From Gammaproteobacteria bacterium (GTDB lineage Bacteria; Pseudomonadota; Gammaproteobacteria; Eutrophobiales; Eutrophobiaceae): a stretch of 64,000 nt of DNA. Positions 1 to 16,527 of this stretch are shown here, piece after piece. The notes beneath the pieces were generated by a model. The model did not search any database. It was not told the DNA's origin and saw only the letters and a list, made by a program, of their open reading frames with translations. The translations under genes were made by a program, and so were the position numbers. The stretch is from contig OZ220696.1 in NCBI GenBank assembly GCA_965116495.1, positions 1,728,001 to 1,792,000 on the forward strand, in the 5' to 3' direction. Within the stretch, counting starts at the first letter, position 1; each line of letters starts with the position of its first letter.

Positions 1-2840
<2,840 letters not shown>

Positions 2841-2910
2841 AGTTCACTACCTCCTAGGCCATGTAGTCCGTCACATTGAATTGGGACCGGTCGCGCCGGT
2901 AGTTGCCCGC

Positions 2911-7056
<4,146 letters not shown>

Positions 7057-7173
7057 TACATGCCCTCTTCATAGAAAAAGGTAGGACAGGGGACAGGCAT
7101 AATTCTGTCCCCTATGTTCTTTTGGGCGCGCCGGGGTATAACAGGTGCTGCCAACAAAAACACCCGAGTTGAA

Positions 7174-7554
7174 CTATTTAAGTTCAACCGTTGCGCCGGC
7201 TTCTTCCAGTTTCGCTTTTACTTCTTCGGCCTCTTCCTTGGCAATTGCTTCCCTGATCGTGGCAGGGACACCTTCAACCAGTTCTTTCGCTTCCTTCAAT
7301 CCCATGCCGGTCAGTGCGCGTACGACCTTGATCACCGGAACCTTGCTGCTGCCAAAACTGCTCATGACTACATCAAATTCAGTTTGTTCCTCAACTTGTT
7401 CGGCGGCGTCAGCAGGACCCGCCGCGGCCACGGCTGCGACAGGCGCTGCAGCGGAAACACCCCATTGTTCTTCCAGTTCCGAGATCAGGCCAACCAGGTC
7501 CATGACCGGCATATTGCTTAAAGCCTCTTTAATTTCATCTTTTGAAACAGACAT
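7174..7554 (-). CDS. rplL: 50S ribosomal protein L7/L12
   Basis: EEQTEFDVV...[20 protein letters not shown]...[11 protein letters not shown]. Confidence 0.98.
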   Translation of the reverse strand: MSVSKDEIKEALSNMPVMDLVGLISELEEQWGVSAAAPVAAVAAAGPADAAEQVEEQTEFDVVMSSFGSSKVPVIKVVRALTGMGLKEAKELVEGVPATIREAIAKEEAEEVKAKLEEAGATVELK

Positions 7555-7592
7555 TTTCTACTCCTCTCTGATACGATTTACTGAACGTGTGA

Positions 7593-8117
7593 TTATGTGG
7601 ATTGTTGTTCGCGGCGGGCATCAAACAACCGAAGGAGTTTCGCCTCCGGTTCTGACAGGACTCGCAGGAATTTGCCGAGCGGGGCCTGCAGCAAGCCCAG
7701 CAACATGGAACGCGCCTGCTCCAGTGAGGGCAAACTTGCAACGCGTTCAATGTCTTTTGAATCAAGCAAGCGGCCATCCATTGAGACAAGCCTGACGACC
7801 AGCTTTTCATTTTCTTTGGCGAAGTCGCGTATGACTTTCGCGGCAGACCCCGGTTCTTCACTGGAAAAGGCAAGGACCAGCGGACCCGTCAGCGTAGCAC
7901 GCATGCAATCGAACTGCGTTCCCTCCAGGGCCCGGCGCGCCAGGGTGTTCCGAACTACCTTGAGATAGATGCCAGCGTTCCGGGCTGAGCGCCTCAACGC
8001 GGTCATCTCCGCAACATTCAAGCCGCTGTACTCTGCAGCTATTGCTGCCGGCGCCGCGGCAGCCACCGCCGCGACTTCAGCTACAACCGCCTGCTTCTGT
8101 TCCAGTGTAAGACCCAC
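7593..8117 (-). CDS. rplJ: 50S ribosomal protein L10
   Basis: LTLEQKQAVVAEV...KVVRNTLARRA; AGGAGG RBS; synteny. Confidence 0.97.
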   Translation of the reverse strand: MGLTLEQKQAVVAEVAAVAAAAPAAIAAEYSGLNVAEMTALRRSARNAGIYLKVVRNTLARRALEGTQFDCMRATLTGPLVLAFSSEEPGSAAKVIRDFAKENEKLVVRLVSMDGRLLDSKDIERVASLPSLEQARSMLLGLLQAPLGKFLRVLSEPEAKLLRLFDARREQQST

Positions 8118-8134
8118 GAGCCTGCCTCCTGTGA

Positions 8135-8824
8135 TTATGTTGCTGCCTGGTCAACCACAACACCCGGTCCCATCGTGGTTGAAAGACTGATTTTCTTCAG
8201 ATAAACACCCTTTGCAGAACCCGGTTTTGCCTTTTTCAGGTCGGTCAGGAGGGTATCCAGATTTTCCATAAGATCCTCCACTGCAAACGAAGTCTTGCCA
8301 ATCCCGCAGTGGATGATCCCGTTCTTGTCCGTGCGGTAACGAACCTGGCCCGCTTTTGCATTGCGTACCGCCTGGCTGATATCCCTGGTCACCGTGCCGA
8401 CCTTGGGGTTGGGCATTAATCCCCTGGGCCCAAGCAGTTTCCCGAGCTTGCCTACTACCGGCATGGCATCCGGTGCGGCTACCACCACATTGAAATCCAT
8501 CAGTCCGGCCTGGATCTGTTCGGCCAGGTCCTGCATACCTATGTATTCAGCGCCCGCCTCCCGGGCTTCATCTGCCTGTCCACCCTGGGCAAACACGGCG
8601 ACCTTGACGACTTTGCCGGTGCCCTGGGGCAGAACGGTCGACCCCCTGACGATCTGGTCGGATTTTCTCGGGTCAACGCCGAGGTTGATTGCCACCTCGA
8701 CAGTTTCGTCAAATTTCGCGGTTGCGCCCTCTTTGAGCAGATTAAGGGCATCCAGGACGGGATAGGATTTTCCGCCATCGATTTTTGCCCTGGCCTCACG
8801 GGCGCGTTTGGATGATGCTGACAC
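8135..8824 (-). CDS. rplA: 50S ribosomal protein L1
   Basis: [40 protein letters not shown]; GTG at 8824 preferred (GAGG upstream), ORF track starts at 8833. Confidence 0.97.
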   Translation of the reverse strand: MSASSKRAREARAKIDGGKSYPVLDALNLLKEGATAKFDETVEVAINLGVDPRKSDQIVRGSTVLPQGTGKVVKVAVFAQGGQADEAREAGAEYIGMQDLAEQIQAGLMDFNVVVAAPDAMPVVGKLGKLLGPRGLMPNPKVGTVTRDISQAVRNAKAGQVRYRTDKNGIIHCGIGKTSFAVEDLMENLDTLLTDLKKAKPGSAKGVYLKKISLSTTMGPGVVVDQAAT

Positions 8825-8825
8825 G

Positions 8826-9272
8826 TTATACAACCTCCGTCTCTATACCCATGCTCCTTGCCGTCCCGGCAATCGTGCGCACGGCTGCATCCATGTCCAT
8901 AGCGGTCAGATCCGGTTCCTTGGACCTGGCTATCTCTTCCATTTGCGCCCGGGTAACCTTACCGACCTTGTCCGTGTTGGGAGTCCCGCTGCCGGTTTCG
9001 ATGCCTGCAGCCTTTTTCAGCAGGTAGGATGCCGGGGGCGTCTTTGTTTCAAATGAAAAAGTCTTGTCCGTGTAGACACTGATGATTACCGGTACGGGCA
9101 AACCTTCTTCCGTATTCTGGGTTTTTGCGTTGAAGGCCTTGCAAAACTCCATAATATTCAACCCGTGCTGGCCCAGCGCCGGACCGACAGGTGGGCTGGG
9201 ACTAGCCTTTCCCGCCGGCACCTGCAACTTGATGAAGGTGCTGATTTTTTTTGAACTGGTTTTCTTTGCCAC
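8826..9272 (-). CDS. rplK: 50S ribosomal protein L11
   Basis: [36 protein letters not shown]. Confidence 0.98.
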   Translation of the reverse strand: MAKKTSSKKISTFIKLQVPAGKASPSPPVGPALGQHGLNIMEFCKAFNAKTQNTEEGLPVPVIISVYTDKTFSFETKTPPASYLLKKAAGIETGSGTPNTDKVGKVTRAQMEEIARSKEPDLTAMDMDAAVRTIAGTARSMGIETEVV

Positions 9273-9308
9273 TGTTTACTCCCGCTGACTACGCTGTAAC
9301 AAGACCTC

Positions 9309-9842
9309 TTATTCTTTCTCCACCTGGGTGAACTCAAGCTCTACCGGTGTAGAACGCCCGAAAATCAATACGGATACCCGCAATCGGCTCTTTTCATAAT
9401 TTACTTCTTCCACTACACCGTTAAAATCCGTAAACGGCCCGTCAGTTACCCGTACAACCTCGCCGGGCTCGAACAGAATTTTCGGTCTGGGTTTATCCAC
9501 ACCTTCTTCGACACGCTGCAGGATGGAATCTGCTTCAGCAGTGGATATCGGCACCGGTCTATCCGTTGTTCCACCAATAAAGCCCAACACCCTGGGCGCT
9601 TCCTTGACCAGGTGCCAGGTCGCATCGTTCATTTCCATTTGTACCAGTACATAACCCGGAAAAAACTTGCGGTCGCTTTTTCGCTTCTTGCCGTCGCGCA
9701 TCTCCACGACTTCTTCGGTAGGCACCAGGATGTCACCGAACTGATCCTTCAAATCACTCCGCTCAATACGTTCCGTCAAGGTACGCATGACATTTTGTTC
9801 ATGACCGGAATAGGCCTGCACCACATACCATTTGAGCCCCAT
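9309..9842 (-). CDS. nusG: Transcription termination/antitermination factor NusG
   Basis: [23 protein letters not shown] motif [11 protein letters not shown]. Confidence 0.98.
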   Translation of the reverse strand: MGLKWYVVQAYSGHEQNVMRTLTERIERSDLKDQFGDILVPTEEVVEMRDGKKRKSDRKFFPGYVLVQMEMNDATWHLVKEAPRVLGFIGGTTDRPVPISTAEADSILQRVEEGVDKPRPKILFEPGEVVRVTDGPFTDFNGVVEEVNYEKSRLRVSVLIFGRSTPVELEFTQVEKE

Positions 9843-9846
9843 CAGT

Positions 9847-10221
9847 TCACCCTCCCGGTCCGCCTATCAATAACCTGATCGCCCAGCCCAGCACTGAATC
9901 CAGCCCCCATAAAATCAGGGCAGCCAAGATGACCACACCTATTACCAGAAGCGTTGTCTGTGTCGTCTCCTGGCGCGTGGGCCAAACCACCTTGCGCACT
10001 TCAACCTGGGCCTCCTGCAAAAAATTCCACAGGTCTCTGCCCGGTTCCGTCTGCAAACCTATCCAGGCGGCAACACCCGTGGCTGCCAGTAATCCGGCAA
10101 CCCTTAACGGCGTTGACTGTTCATCAAAAATATAAAAGCCGGCCACTGCAGCGATGACAATCAGCGCGGCAATGACCAGTTTTACCAGGTCAAACTTTAC
10201 GTTCACTGTCTCTGAACTCAT
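9847..10221 (-). CDS. secE: Preprotein translocase subunit SecE (3-TM gammaproteobacterial type)
   Basis: [13 protein letters not shown] motif; lies between tRNA-Trp and nusG. Confidence 0.97.
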   Translation of the reverse strand: MSSETVNVKFDLVKLVIAALIVIAAVAGFYIFDEQSTPLRVAGLLAATGVAAWIGLQTEPGRDLWNFLQEAQVEVRKVVWPTRQETTQTTLLVIGVVILAALILWGLDSVLGWAIRLLIGGPGG

Positions 10222-10330
10222 CGCTTAACCCATCATATGTATGGGGTCAGGGTAAAAATACAGCAGACCGGCATGTAGCATTGGTTTGTCATCATATATT
10301 TTTACCCTGACCCCAAATATCATGTCCAGT

Positions 10331-10406
10331 TGGCAGGCCAGGAGGGAATCGAACCCCCAACCTGCGGTTTTGGAGACCGCCGCTCTGCCAATTGAGCTAC
10401 TGGCCT
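10331..10406 (-). tRNA. tRNA-Trp (CCA)
   Basis: 76-nt cloverleaf, anticodon loop CTCCAAA, GGTTCGATT T-arm, encoded CCA end. Confidence 0.97.
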
Positions 10407-10560
10407 ATGCTAATCTTCCTCAGTGTAATCGCGACATGCATTGCCTGACCCTGTGCAGCTTGCCGGCAGGGGTACAGGTCCGAAATGCTGGTAAATCCAG
10501 AGACAGGCTTGCGCCGGCATGACGAGTGTCGCTATTCAAGCGTCGTTAATCCGGGAGCTG

Positions 10561-11751
10561 TTATTCGATAATCTTGCTGACGACGCCGGCGCCTACGGTA
10601 CGGCCACCTTCACGTATCGCGAACCGCACCCCTTCTTCCATGGCAATGGGGGATATCAAGTCCACAACCATACGGATGTTGTCGCCCGGCATCACCATCT
10701 CGGAACCTTCGGGCAACTCTACCGCGCCTGTCACGTCTGTGGTACGAAAATAAAACTGTGGCCGATAATTACTGAAAAACGGTGTATGTCGTCCTCCCTC
10801 TTCCTTGCTTAACACATACACCTCACACTCGAACTTCGTATGTGGCGTGATACTCCCGGGTACACAGAGTACCTGTCCGCGCTCTACCTCATCCCGCTTG
10901 GTACCACGCAGCAATACGCCCACATTATCGCCGGCCTGTCCCTCGTCCAGCAACTTGCGAAACATTTCCACGCCCGTACAGGTCGTCTTCGTCGTCTCGC
11001 GTATTCCGACTATCTCAACCTCTTCTCCTACCCGGATAATGCCGCGTTCCACCCGGCCGGTAACCACTGTTCCACGGCCGCTAATCGAAAAGACATCTTC
11101 TATGGGCAGCAAGAACGGCTGGTCCACAGGGCGTTCCGGTATCGGTATGTATTCATCCATTGCCTGCATCAGGCGGTCGACCGAACCCATGCCCATCTCA
11201 CCTTCATCACCTTCCAACGCCTGCAACGCACTGCCCGTTATGACCGGCGTATCATCACCGGGGAACTCGTAGGTGTCCAGCAACTCCCGCACCTCCAACT
11301 CTACCAGTTCCAGCAATTCTTCATCATCCACCTGGTCGGCCTTATTCAGGTACACCACGATCTTGGGTACGCCCACCTGGCGCGCGAGCAATATGTGTTC
11401 GCGGGTCTGAGGCATCGGCCCGTCCGCGGCGCTCACCACCAGTACCGCGCCATCCATCTGCGCCGCGCCCGTGATCATGTTTTTCACATAATCCGCATGG
11501 CCCGGACAATCCACATGGGCATAGTGACGGTTCTCACTTTCATATTCAACGTGCGCCGTTGCAATCGTGATACCGCGTTCGCGTTCTTCCGGTGCATTAT
11601 CAATCTGGTCATACGCTTTCACTTCCCCGCCGAAGCGCGCGGCCATCGCCTGCGTAATCGCTGCCGTCAGGGTCGTCTTCCCGTGATCGACATGGCCGAT
11701 CGTTCCTACGTTAACGTGAGGCTTCGTTCGTTGAAATTTTTCCTTGGACAT
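10561..11751 (-). CDS. tuf: Elongation factor Tu
   Basis: [24 protein letters not shown]; 396 aa. Confidence 0.99.
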   Translation of the reverse strand: MSKEKFQRTKPHVNVGTIGHVDHGKTTLTAAITQAMAARFGGEVKAYDQIDNAPEERERGITIATAHVEYESENRHYAHVDCPGHADYVKNMITGAAQMDGAVLVVSAADGPMPQTREHILLARQVGVPKIVVYLNKADQVDDEELLELVELEVRELLDTYEFPGDDTPVITGSALQALEGDEGEMGMGSVDRLMQAMDEYIPIPERPVDQPFLLPIEDVFSISGRGTVVTGRVERGIIRVGEEVEIVGIRETTKTTCTGVEMFRKLLDEGQAGDNVGVLLRGTKRDEVERGQVLCVPGSITPHTKFECEVYVLSKEEGGRHTPFFSNYRPQFYFRTTDVTGAVELPEGSEMVMPGDNIRMVVDLISPIAMEEGVRFAIREGGRTVGAGVVSKIIE

Positions 11752-11792
11752 ACAATATTCTCCTCAGACTGTTAAATATAAAAAATTGTTCA

Positions 11793-11868
11793 TGGAGCCC
11801 ATAACCGGAATTGAACCGGTGACCTCTTCCTTACCAAGAAAGTGCTCTACCGACTGAGCTATATGGGC
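11793..11868 (-). tRNA. tRNA-Thr (GGT)
   Basis: 76-nt cloverleaf, anticodon GGT, CCA end. Confidence 0.96.
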
Positions 11869-11893
11869 ATCGACCCTGCTTCTCCGCTGTAAC

Positions 11894-11967
11894 TGGAGCG
11901 GGTGATGGGAATCGAACCCACGCCGTCAGCTTGGAAGGCTGAAGTTCTACCATTGAACTACACCCGC
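11894..11967 (-). tRNA. tRNA-Gly (TCC)
   Basis: 74-nt cloverleaf, anticodon TCC, CCA end. Confidence 0.96.
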
Positions 11968-12053
11968 CAGGTAACACCGGTCAGAATCTCTACTGTCACA
12001 ACGGCATTCCGCAATCATGCCCTATCGTTGTTTCCCTACCCCCTGCACCATCT

Positions 12054-12138
12054 TGGTGGAGGGGGTAGGATTCGAACCTACGAAGGCGTCGCCAGCAGAT
12101 TTACAGTCTGCCCCCGTTGACCGCTTGGGTACCCCTCC
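12054..12138 (-). tRNA. tRNA-Tyr (GTA)
   Basis: 85 nt with long variable arm, anticodon loop CTGTAAA, CCA end. Confidence 0.96.
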
Positions 12139-12157
12139 GGATTTAAGCAAGCCCATC

Positions 12158-12186
12158 ATTCTGATATAAACCATCTATTCTGTCAA
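12158..12186 (-). promoter_or_regulatory. Sigma70 promoter of the tRNA-tuf operon
   Basis: TTGACA (12186-12181), 17-bp spacer, CAGAAT (12163-12158), about 20 bp upstream of tRNA-Tyr. Confidence 0.75.
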
Positions 12187-12326
12187 CACACATGATTAAA
12201 AATTTGTCTCTGCGGACTTTCCCTGCGTTGCCGCCGGTTGGCCGGGACTATACCAAGGGTTCTAAATAACATGACTATATGTTATGATCGGCCGAAAAAC
12301 CACCGCCCAGAAAAAGGGGAAACAGC

Positions 12327-13484
12327 GTGAAAAAATTTATCTTCCTACTCTTGTTGGGGCTTGCTTTTCTGTTGTCAGGTTGTGGAAACAACGGTGAGCC
12401 CAGACCCGAACCCTTAATGGATCAGGAGCCTGAGCCCGAGCCTGAGCCTGAGCCTGAGCCGGAACCTGAACCCGAGCCGGAGCCGGAACCCGAGCCGGAA
12501 CCCGAGCCCGAGCCGGAACCTGAACCTGAGCCTGAGCCGGAACCCGAGCCCGAGCCGGAACCTGAACCCATGGGCAGGTTCCCTGACATCGAATGGGCAT
12601 TAGATGCAGATCAAACCCTGACCAGTATCGGCGGTACGGCGCTTGATCTCACGGAGGACCAGGTAAGAAATACTATAACAGGAATAGCAGACAGTACCGA
12701 CACGGACACGTATCTCACCAGCACCCTGGCCCTGCTTGTCACCGGTGATGACGATATCTTTACCACATCCGATTGTGAGGGATCGACATGCAACGCCGGT
12801 CCCGGCGGCATCCAGCAGATCGGCATTGACGATCACGACCTGGTGGGGAATGAGTACCAGGCGGTCATGACCTACGGGGGCATTTCCTTTGCCCAGTCGC
12901 GCAGGGCAGGTGAAGAAATTCCTCTCGTCGGTACCAGTGATACAACCGAGGTTCTCACTTACGGCGGCTGGCTTGATCACCACTACTTCGGCGTACAGGC
13001 GACGTTCGACGGGAACACTGAAGACCCCAGCCAGGTAGCCATATTCAGTTTTACGTTCGGTAACGCTAGCGGAACCAACCCTGATGACTCCGGCAGCGGC
13101 ACCTGGAACGGCGTTGCAATCGGGGTTAACCTGCTTGAACGGTTCGAGGACCGCAGCCTGCTTACGGCCGATGTCTCCATCACGGTTGCCGATTTCCTTA
13201 ACCCGACGGTGGATGTCCTGTTCGACAATATCAAAGACCTCAGGACGGGCGAGGACCTGGTCGTAAGCGGTGTTACCGTAGAATCCGTAGATTGGGCGGG
13301 TCTTGACCTGACCGATGGTTCGTTTGCAGAAGAACTGGGAGATGTTGAAGATCCACTTAACCTGTCCCAGCCACGTAAACGGATAGCAGCCCACTTCTAC
13401 GGGCCAGGGCACGAGGAAGTCGGTGGTATCTTCGAATACTTCTCGGTAGTCGGCTCGTTCGGCGCCAAGCGCGATGATCAATAA
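12327..13484 (+). CDS. Slam-dependent surface lipoprotein with (EP)24 linker and C-terminal TbpB/fHbp-like beta-barrel
   Basis: Lipobox LLSG-C; EP dipeptide run; [11 protein letters not shown] strand; C-terminal [13 protein letters not shown]...GSFGAKR motif typical of TbpB-like barrels; adjacent to a Slam-like gene. Confidence 0.8.
   Translation: MKKFIFLLLLGLAFLLSGCGNNGEPRPEPLMDQEPEPEPEPEPEPEPEPEPEPEPEPEPEPEPEPEPEPEPEPEPEPEPEPMGRFPDIEWALDADQTLTSIGGTALDLTEDQVRNTITGIADSTDTDTYLTSTLALLVTGDDDIFTTSDCEGSTCNAGPGGIQQIGIDDHDLVGNEYQAVMTYGGISFAQSRRAGEEIPLVGTSDTTEVLTYGGWLDHHYFGVQATFDGNTEDPSQVAIFSFTFGNASGTNPDDSGSGTWNGVAIGVNLLERFEDRSLLTADVSITVADFLNPTVDVLFDNIKDLRTGEDLVVSGVTVESVDWAGLDLTDGSFAEELGDVEDPLNLSQPRKRIAAHFYGPGHEEVGGIFEYFSVVGSFGAKRDDQ
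12426..12569 (+). repeat. Coding hexamer repeat (GARCCN)x24 encoding (Glu-Pro)24
   Basis: 144 nt; synonymous positions vary (GAG/GAA, CCT/CCC/CCG). Confidence 0.97.
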
Positions 13485-13497
13485 CCGGAAAACCAAC

Positions 13498-13527
13498 AGG
13501 GGACAGAATTAATTCTGTCCCCTTTTT
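13498..13527 (+). repeat. Perfect 26-bp palindrome AGGGGACAGAATTAATTCTGTCCCCT (REP family A); may act as a terminator or attenuator
   Basis: Palindrome followed by a T-run; related copies at 7088-7113 and 54818-54841. Confidence 0.75.
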
Positions 13528-13551
13528 CTTGCTGTACCCCTTAACCTTCCG

Positions 13552-14994
13552 ATGTCTACGACACAGCCCGGTTACATTTTCGTAACCGGGAGATTTCCTG
13601 CATTTATCTGTATCGTCTCGCTTATATGTGTCTGGGCGTGCGCGACACAGGCTCAGGATGATAACACCGGCAATGGCGCGCAGCCGGCTGACGTGACTGA
13701 CAAACTGCCCCTTCTTGATGCCGGAACGGCCATGAGGCTGGCCCGCAAGTGGACCGATGAAGGACAACCGCAACGGGCATTTGAATTGTTACGCCGCGTC
13801 ATGCAGGCCGCCAGGGCCGAAGGCGATATCGATACCACCAATTTCCGCTTCCTGGCGGCACAGGCCTTGTTGAAAATGGGTCGCCCTGCCCATGCGGCGG
13901 TGATCCTGGGCCAACTGGCGGTGGAACACCCGGAACTGAATCGGGTACGCCTGGATTATGCTGCCGCGCTGTTCACCCTCGGACATGACGAACATGCGGA
14001 ATCCCTGTTCCGGGAACTGCGCAGCAAGGACGACCTGCCGGCGCCGGTGCGGCGCAACGTGGAGGGTTTCCTGGAACGTATCCGGGCGCGCCAGAGGTTC
14101 CAGGTCAACTTCGATTTCGGCTTCTGGCGCGACAATAACGTCAATCATGCCCCGGAACAGGACACGGTCCAGGTGCCCATATTCGGCGGGCTGGAATTCG
14201 AACTGGACGAACAGGCGGTAAAAGCCTGGGTGGCGCGTACCGGTCTGAACCTGCGCTGGCGCCATACCCTCCTGCTGGGCGGACGCGCCTACTTCGAGAC
14301 CCGCGCGGGGGTTGCCCGCAACACGGCCATCAATGCAGAAGAACATAACCGCACCTGGCTTAACCTGTCGTCCGGACCGCGCTGGCGCTATGCCATGAAC
14401 CTTGCGGGACAACGCCGGCCCGGTATGCTGCGCGCCGATATCGGCGGCGAACAACGCTGGCGCGGCGGTGGCAACTACGCGATCAGCGGCTGGGCCAAGC
14501 TGGGATTGGACCAGACCCTTAACAGGAACTGGAGCGCCGGTGCCTCTGCCCGCGTCTGGGAAACCCGTTATAACAAACTGGATAAGGACCTTGACCCGTT
14601 CGGGCAGTCCCTCGAACTGAACCTCGTCCGGCGCCTGGGCTTGGGCCGCCTGCAAGCCGGCGCCAGACTGGCACAGGAAACCACGGATCGCCGTAACCTG
14701 CGCTGGCAGGGGTGGGGAACATCGCTCGGTTACAGTACGATACTCGGGCAGAACTGGAACCTGGCTGCGCGGGCATACATTGATGAACGGTATTACGAAG
14801 GAACATACCCGCTGTTCAGGGAAGACCGCAAAGACCAGACGATCATTGCCAACCTTACCGTCTCCAACCGCGCGATAGCAGTAGCGGGTTACATGCCGGA
14901 ACTCACGGTAGGCTGGTCGCAAACCGACTCGACCATTCCGTTATACGACCGGCAGAATCGAATCTTTATGCTCGGCCTGCGCCGATTGTTCTGA
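13552..14994 (+). CDS. Slam-like outer-membrane translocator (TPR plus DUF560-type beta-barrel; type XI secretion)
   Basis: Signal peptide ending ATQA; TPR helices (HPELNRVRLDYAAALF); DNNVN barrel-start motif; amphipathic strands; C-terminal F; 480 aa. Confidence 0.8.
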   Translation: MSTTQPGYIFVTGRFPAFICIVSLICVWACATQAQDDNTGNGAQPADVTDKLPLLDAGTAMRLARKWTDEGQPQRAFELLRRVMQAARAEGDIDTTNFRFLAAQALLKMGRPAHAAVILGQLAVEHPELNRVRLDYAAALFTLGHDEHAESLFRELRSKDDLPAPVRRNVEGFLERIRARQRFQVNFDFGFWRDNNVNHAPEQDTVQVPIFGGLEFELDEQAVKAWVARTGLNLRWRHTLLLGGRAYFETRAGVARNTAINAEEHNRTWLNLSSGPRWRYAMNLAGQRRPGMLRADIGGEQRWRGGGNYAISGWAKLGLDQTLNRNWSAGASARVWETRYNKLDKDLDPFGQSLELNLVRRLGLGRLQAGARLAQETTDRRNLRWQGWGTSLGYSTILGQNWNLAARAYIDERYYEGTYPLFREDRKDQTIIANLTVSNRAIAVAGYMPELTVGWSQTDSTIPLYDRQNRIFMLGLRRLF

Positions 14995-14995
14995 T

Positions 14996-15108
14996 AATTT
15001 GGGACACCCATAAATTCACGGGCATATTAAATTTGGGACACCCATCATATTAAATTTGGGACACCCATAATTTTACACACTTATTTAATTTATGGGTGTC
15101 CCAAATTT
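14996..15108. repeat. REP family B cluster: three AATTTGGGACACCCAT direct copies plus one inverted copy
   Basis: Copies at about 14996, 15030 and 15053; inverted ATGGGTGTCCCAAATT at about 15092. Confidence 0.9.
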
Positions 15109-16391
15109 CAGACCTGCGCCAGGACGTCTTCCAGTACGGATAAAAGTAAATCCGCGTTGTCTTTTGAAAACGGCAGGGGAGGCCGCATCTTCAATACGTT
15201 GTCGTACACGCCTACGTTGCTGATCAGTATCCCTTTATCTTTCATGGCGTTGACGACGTGTTTGGTCTCATCCCGCGCCGGTGTCTTTTGCTCCTGGTCA
15301 GTCACCAGTTCGACGCCGATGAACAGACCGTGGCCGCGCACATCGCCGATGAGGTCATGTTCGGCCTGCAAGCTGCGCAATCCGTCTCTTATATACTCGC
15401 CCACGATCCGGGAGTTTTCCTGCAGGTTTTCCTGTTCGATGACATCCAGCACCGCCATGCCCACCGCGCACTGCACCGGGTTGCCCCCGAAAGTATTGAA
15501 ATACATAACCTGTTCCCGGAAATTATTCACCAGGTCGGCGCGGGCCACTACCCCGCCGACCGGGTGCCCGTTGCCCATGGGTTTGCCCATGGTGGCGATA
15601 TCCGGCGTAACGCCGCCTACCTGGTAGCCCCACATTTTCCTGCCGGTGCGGGCGAAACCGCACTGCACCTCATCGGCGATGTAGAGGCCGCCGGCAGCGC
15701 GTACATACTCCATAGTCTGTTCCATGTAACCGGGCGGGACGCTGGGCAAGCCCTCATTGGCGAAGATGGAACAGATCAACATGCCGGCGAAACCGGTGCC
15801 GTCTTCCTCGAACTCATCGATGGCCTGTTTTACCCTTGCTGCGTATGCGGCGGCCAGGGCCTCGCCCGCCAGGCCGTCCAGGGGCCGGTAGGTCTCCGGG
15901 AAAGGTACGGTTTTTACATTCGGGCTGGGGGATTCACCGCCATGGAAGATAGTGGACAATTCATCTACCGCCGTGGTATTGCCGTGGTAAGTGAAGTTGG
16001 TACAGATAATGCCCTGTTTGCCGGTGGCCCGGCGCGCCATGCGCAGGGCGATCTCGTTGGCCTCACTGCCGGTGCAGACGATGAAGGCCATGGACAGGGG
16101 TTCGTTGTGCAGGGTAGTCAGGCGCTCTGCATATTCCAGCACCAGTTCGTGCAGGTAGCGGTTATGGACGTTCAGGGTCTGTGACTGCCGGTACAAGGCC
16201 TCAACCACGTGGGGATGGCAGTGCCCCACGTTGGGCACGTTATTGTACACGTCCAGGTATTTTTTCCCGTCAGCGTCGTACAGCCAGACGCCCTCGCCCC
16301 TGACGATATGCACCGGTTCATTGTAGAACAGGGGGGCGCCAGCGCCCAGCAGGCGGTAGCGCCGCTCCAGGAGTTGTGTGTCAATTGTCAT
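15108..16391 (-). CDS. Class III PLP aminotransferase (GABA-aminotransferase / AGXT2L phospho-lyase-like)
   Basis: YLDVYNNV, YHG, ADEVQCGFARTG, TMGKPMGNG, FNTFGGNP. Start taken at MTIDTQ (16391); the longer ORF reads through a REP palindrome. Confidence 0.85.
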   Translation of the reverse strand: MTIDTQLLERRYRLLGAGAPLFYNEPVHIVRGEGVWLYDADGKKYLDVYNNVPNVGHCHPHVVEALYRQSQTLNVHNRYLHELVLEYAERLTTLHNEPLSMAFIVCTGSEANEIALRMARRATGKQGIICTNFTYHGNTTAVDELSTIFHGGESPSPNVKTVPFPETYRPLDGLAGEALAAAYAARVKQAIDEFEEDGTGFAGMLICSIFANEGLPSVPPGYMEQTMEYVRAAGGLYIADEVQCGFARTGRKMWGYQVGGVTPDIATMGKPMGNGHPVGGVVARADLVNNFREQVMYFNTFGGNPVQCAVGMAVLDVIEQENLQENSRIVGEYIRDGLRSLQAEHDLIGDVRGHGLFIGVELVTDQEQKTPARDETKHVVNAMKDKGILISNVGVYDNVLKMRPPLPFSKDNADLLLSVLEDVLAQV

Positions 16392-16421
16392 TTTTTTCAA
16401 TGACAATTTACCAACCATTTC

Positions 16422-16515
16422 GTCATTCCTGCGGATGCAGGAATCCAGCGAAATAAAGAGTCTCCCCTTGGATGACACACTATCATACCGGATGCCGGTT
16501 CAAGCCCGGCATGAC
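16422..16515. repeat. REP family D palindromes (GTCATTCC...GGAATCC and GGATGCCGG...CCGGCATGAC)
   Basis: 16422-16447 and 16490-16515; dRS3-like hairpins. Confidence 0.8.
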
Positions 16516-16527
16516 GAACCTGGGACG

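Noticed and set aside
10840-11775. 311-aa plus-strand ORF
   Set aside because: Antisense shadow of tuf.
12139-12326. tRNA-Thr(TGT) expected before tRNA-Tyr, or an att site at the tRNA
   Set aside because: No cloverleaf is present, the promoter abuts tRNA-Tyr, and no duplicated tRNA 3' end was seen in the window.
12426-12569. Phase-variable SSR or TonB-like protein
   Set aside because: Hexamer units keep the frame and vary at wobble positions; there is no KP segment or TonB C-terminal domain.
14996-15108. Possible mini-CRISPR array
   Set aside because: Repeats are about 16 bp, spacing is short and irregular, one copy is inverted, and there are no cas genes; it fits a REP cluster.
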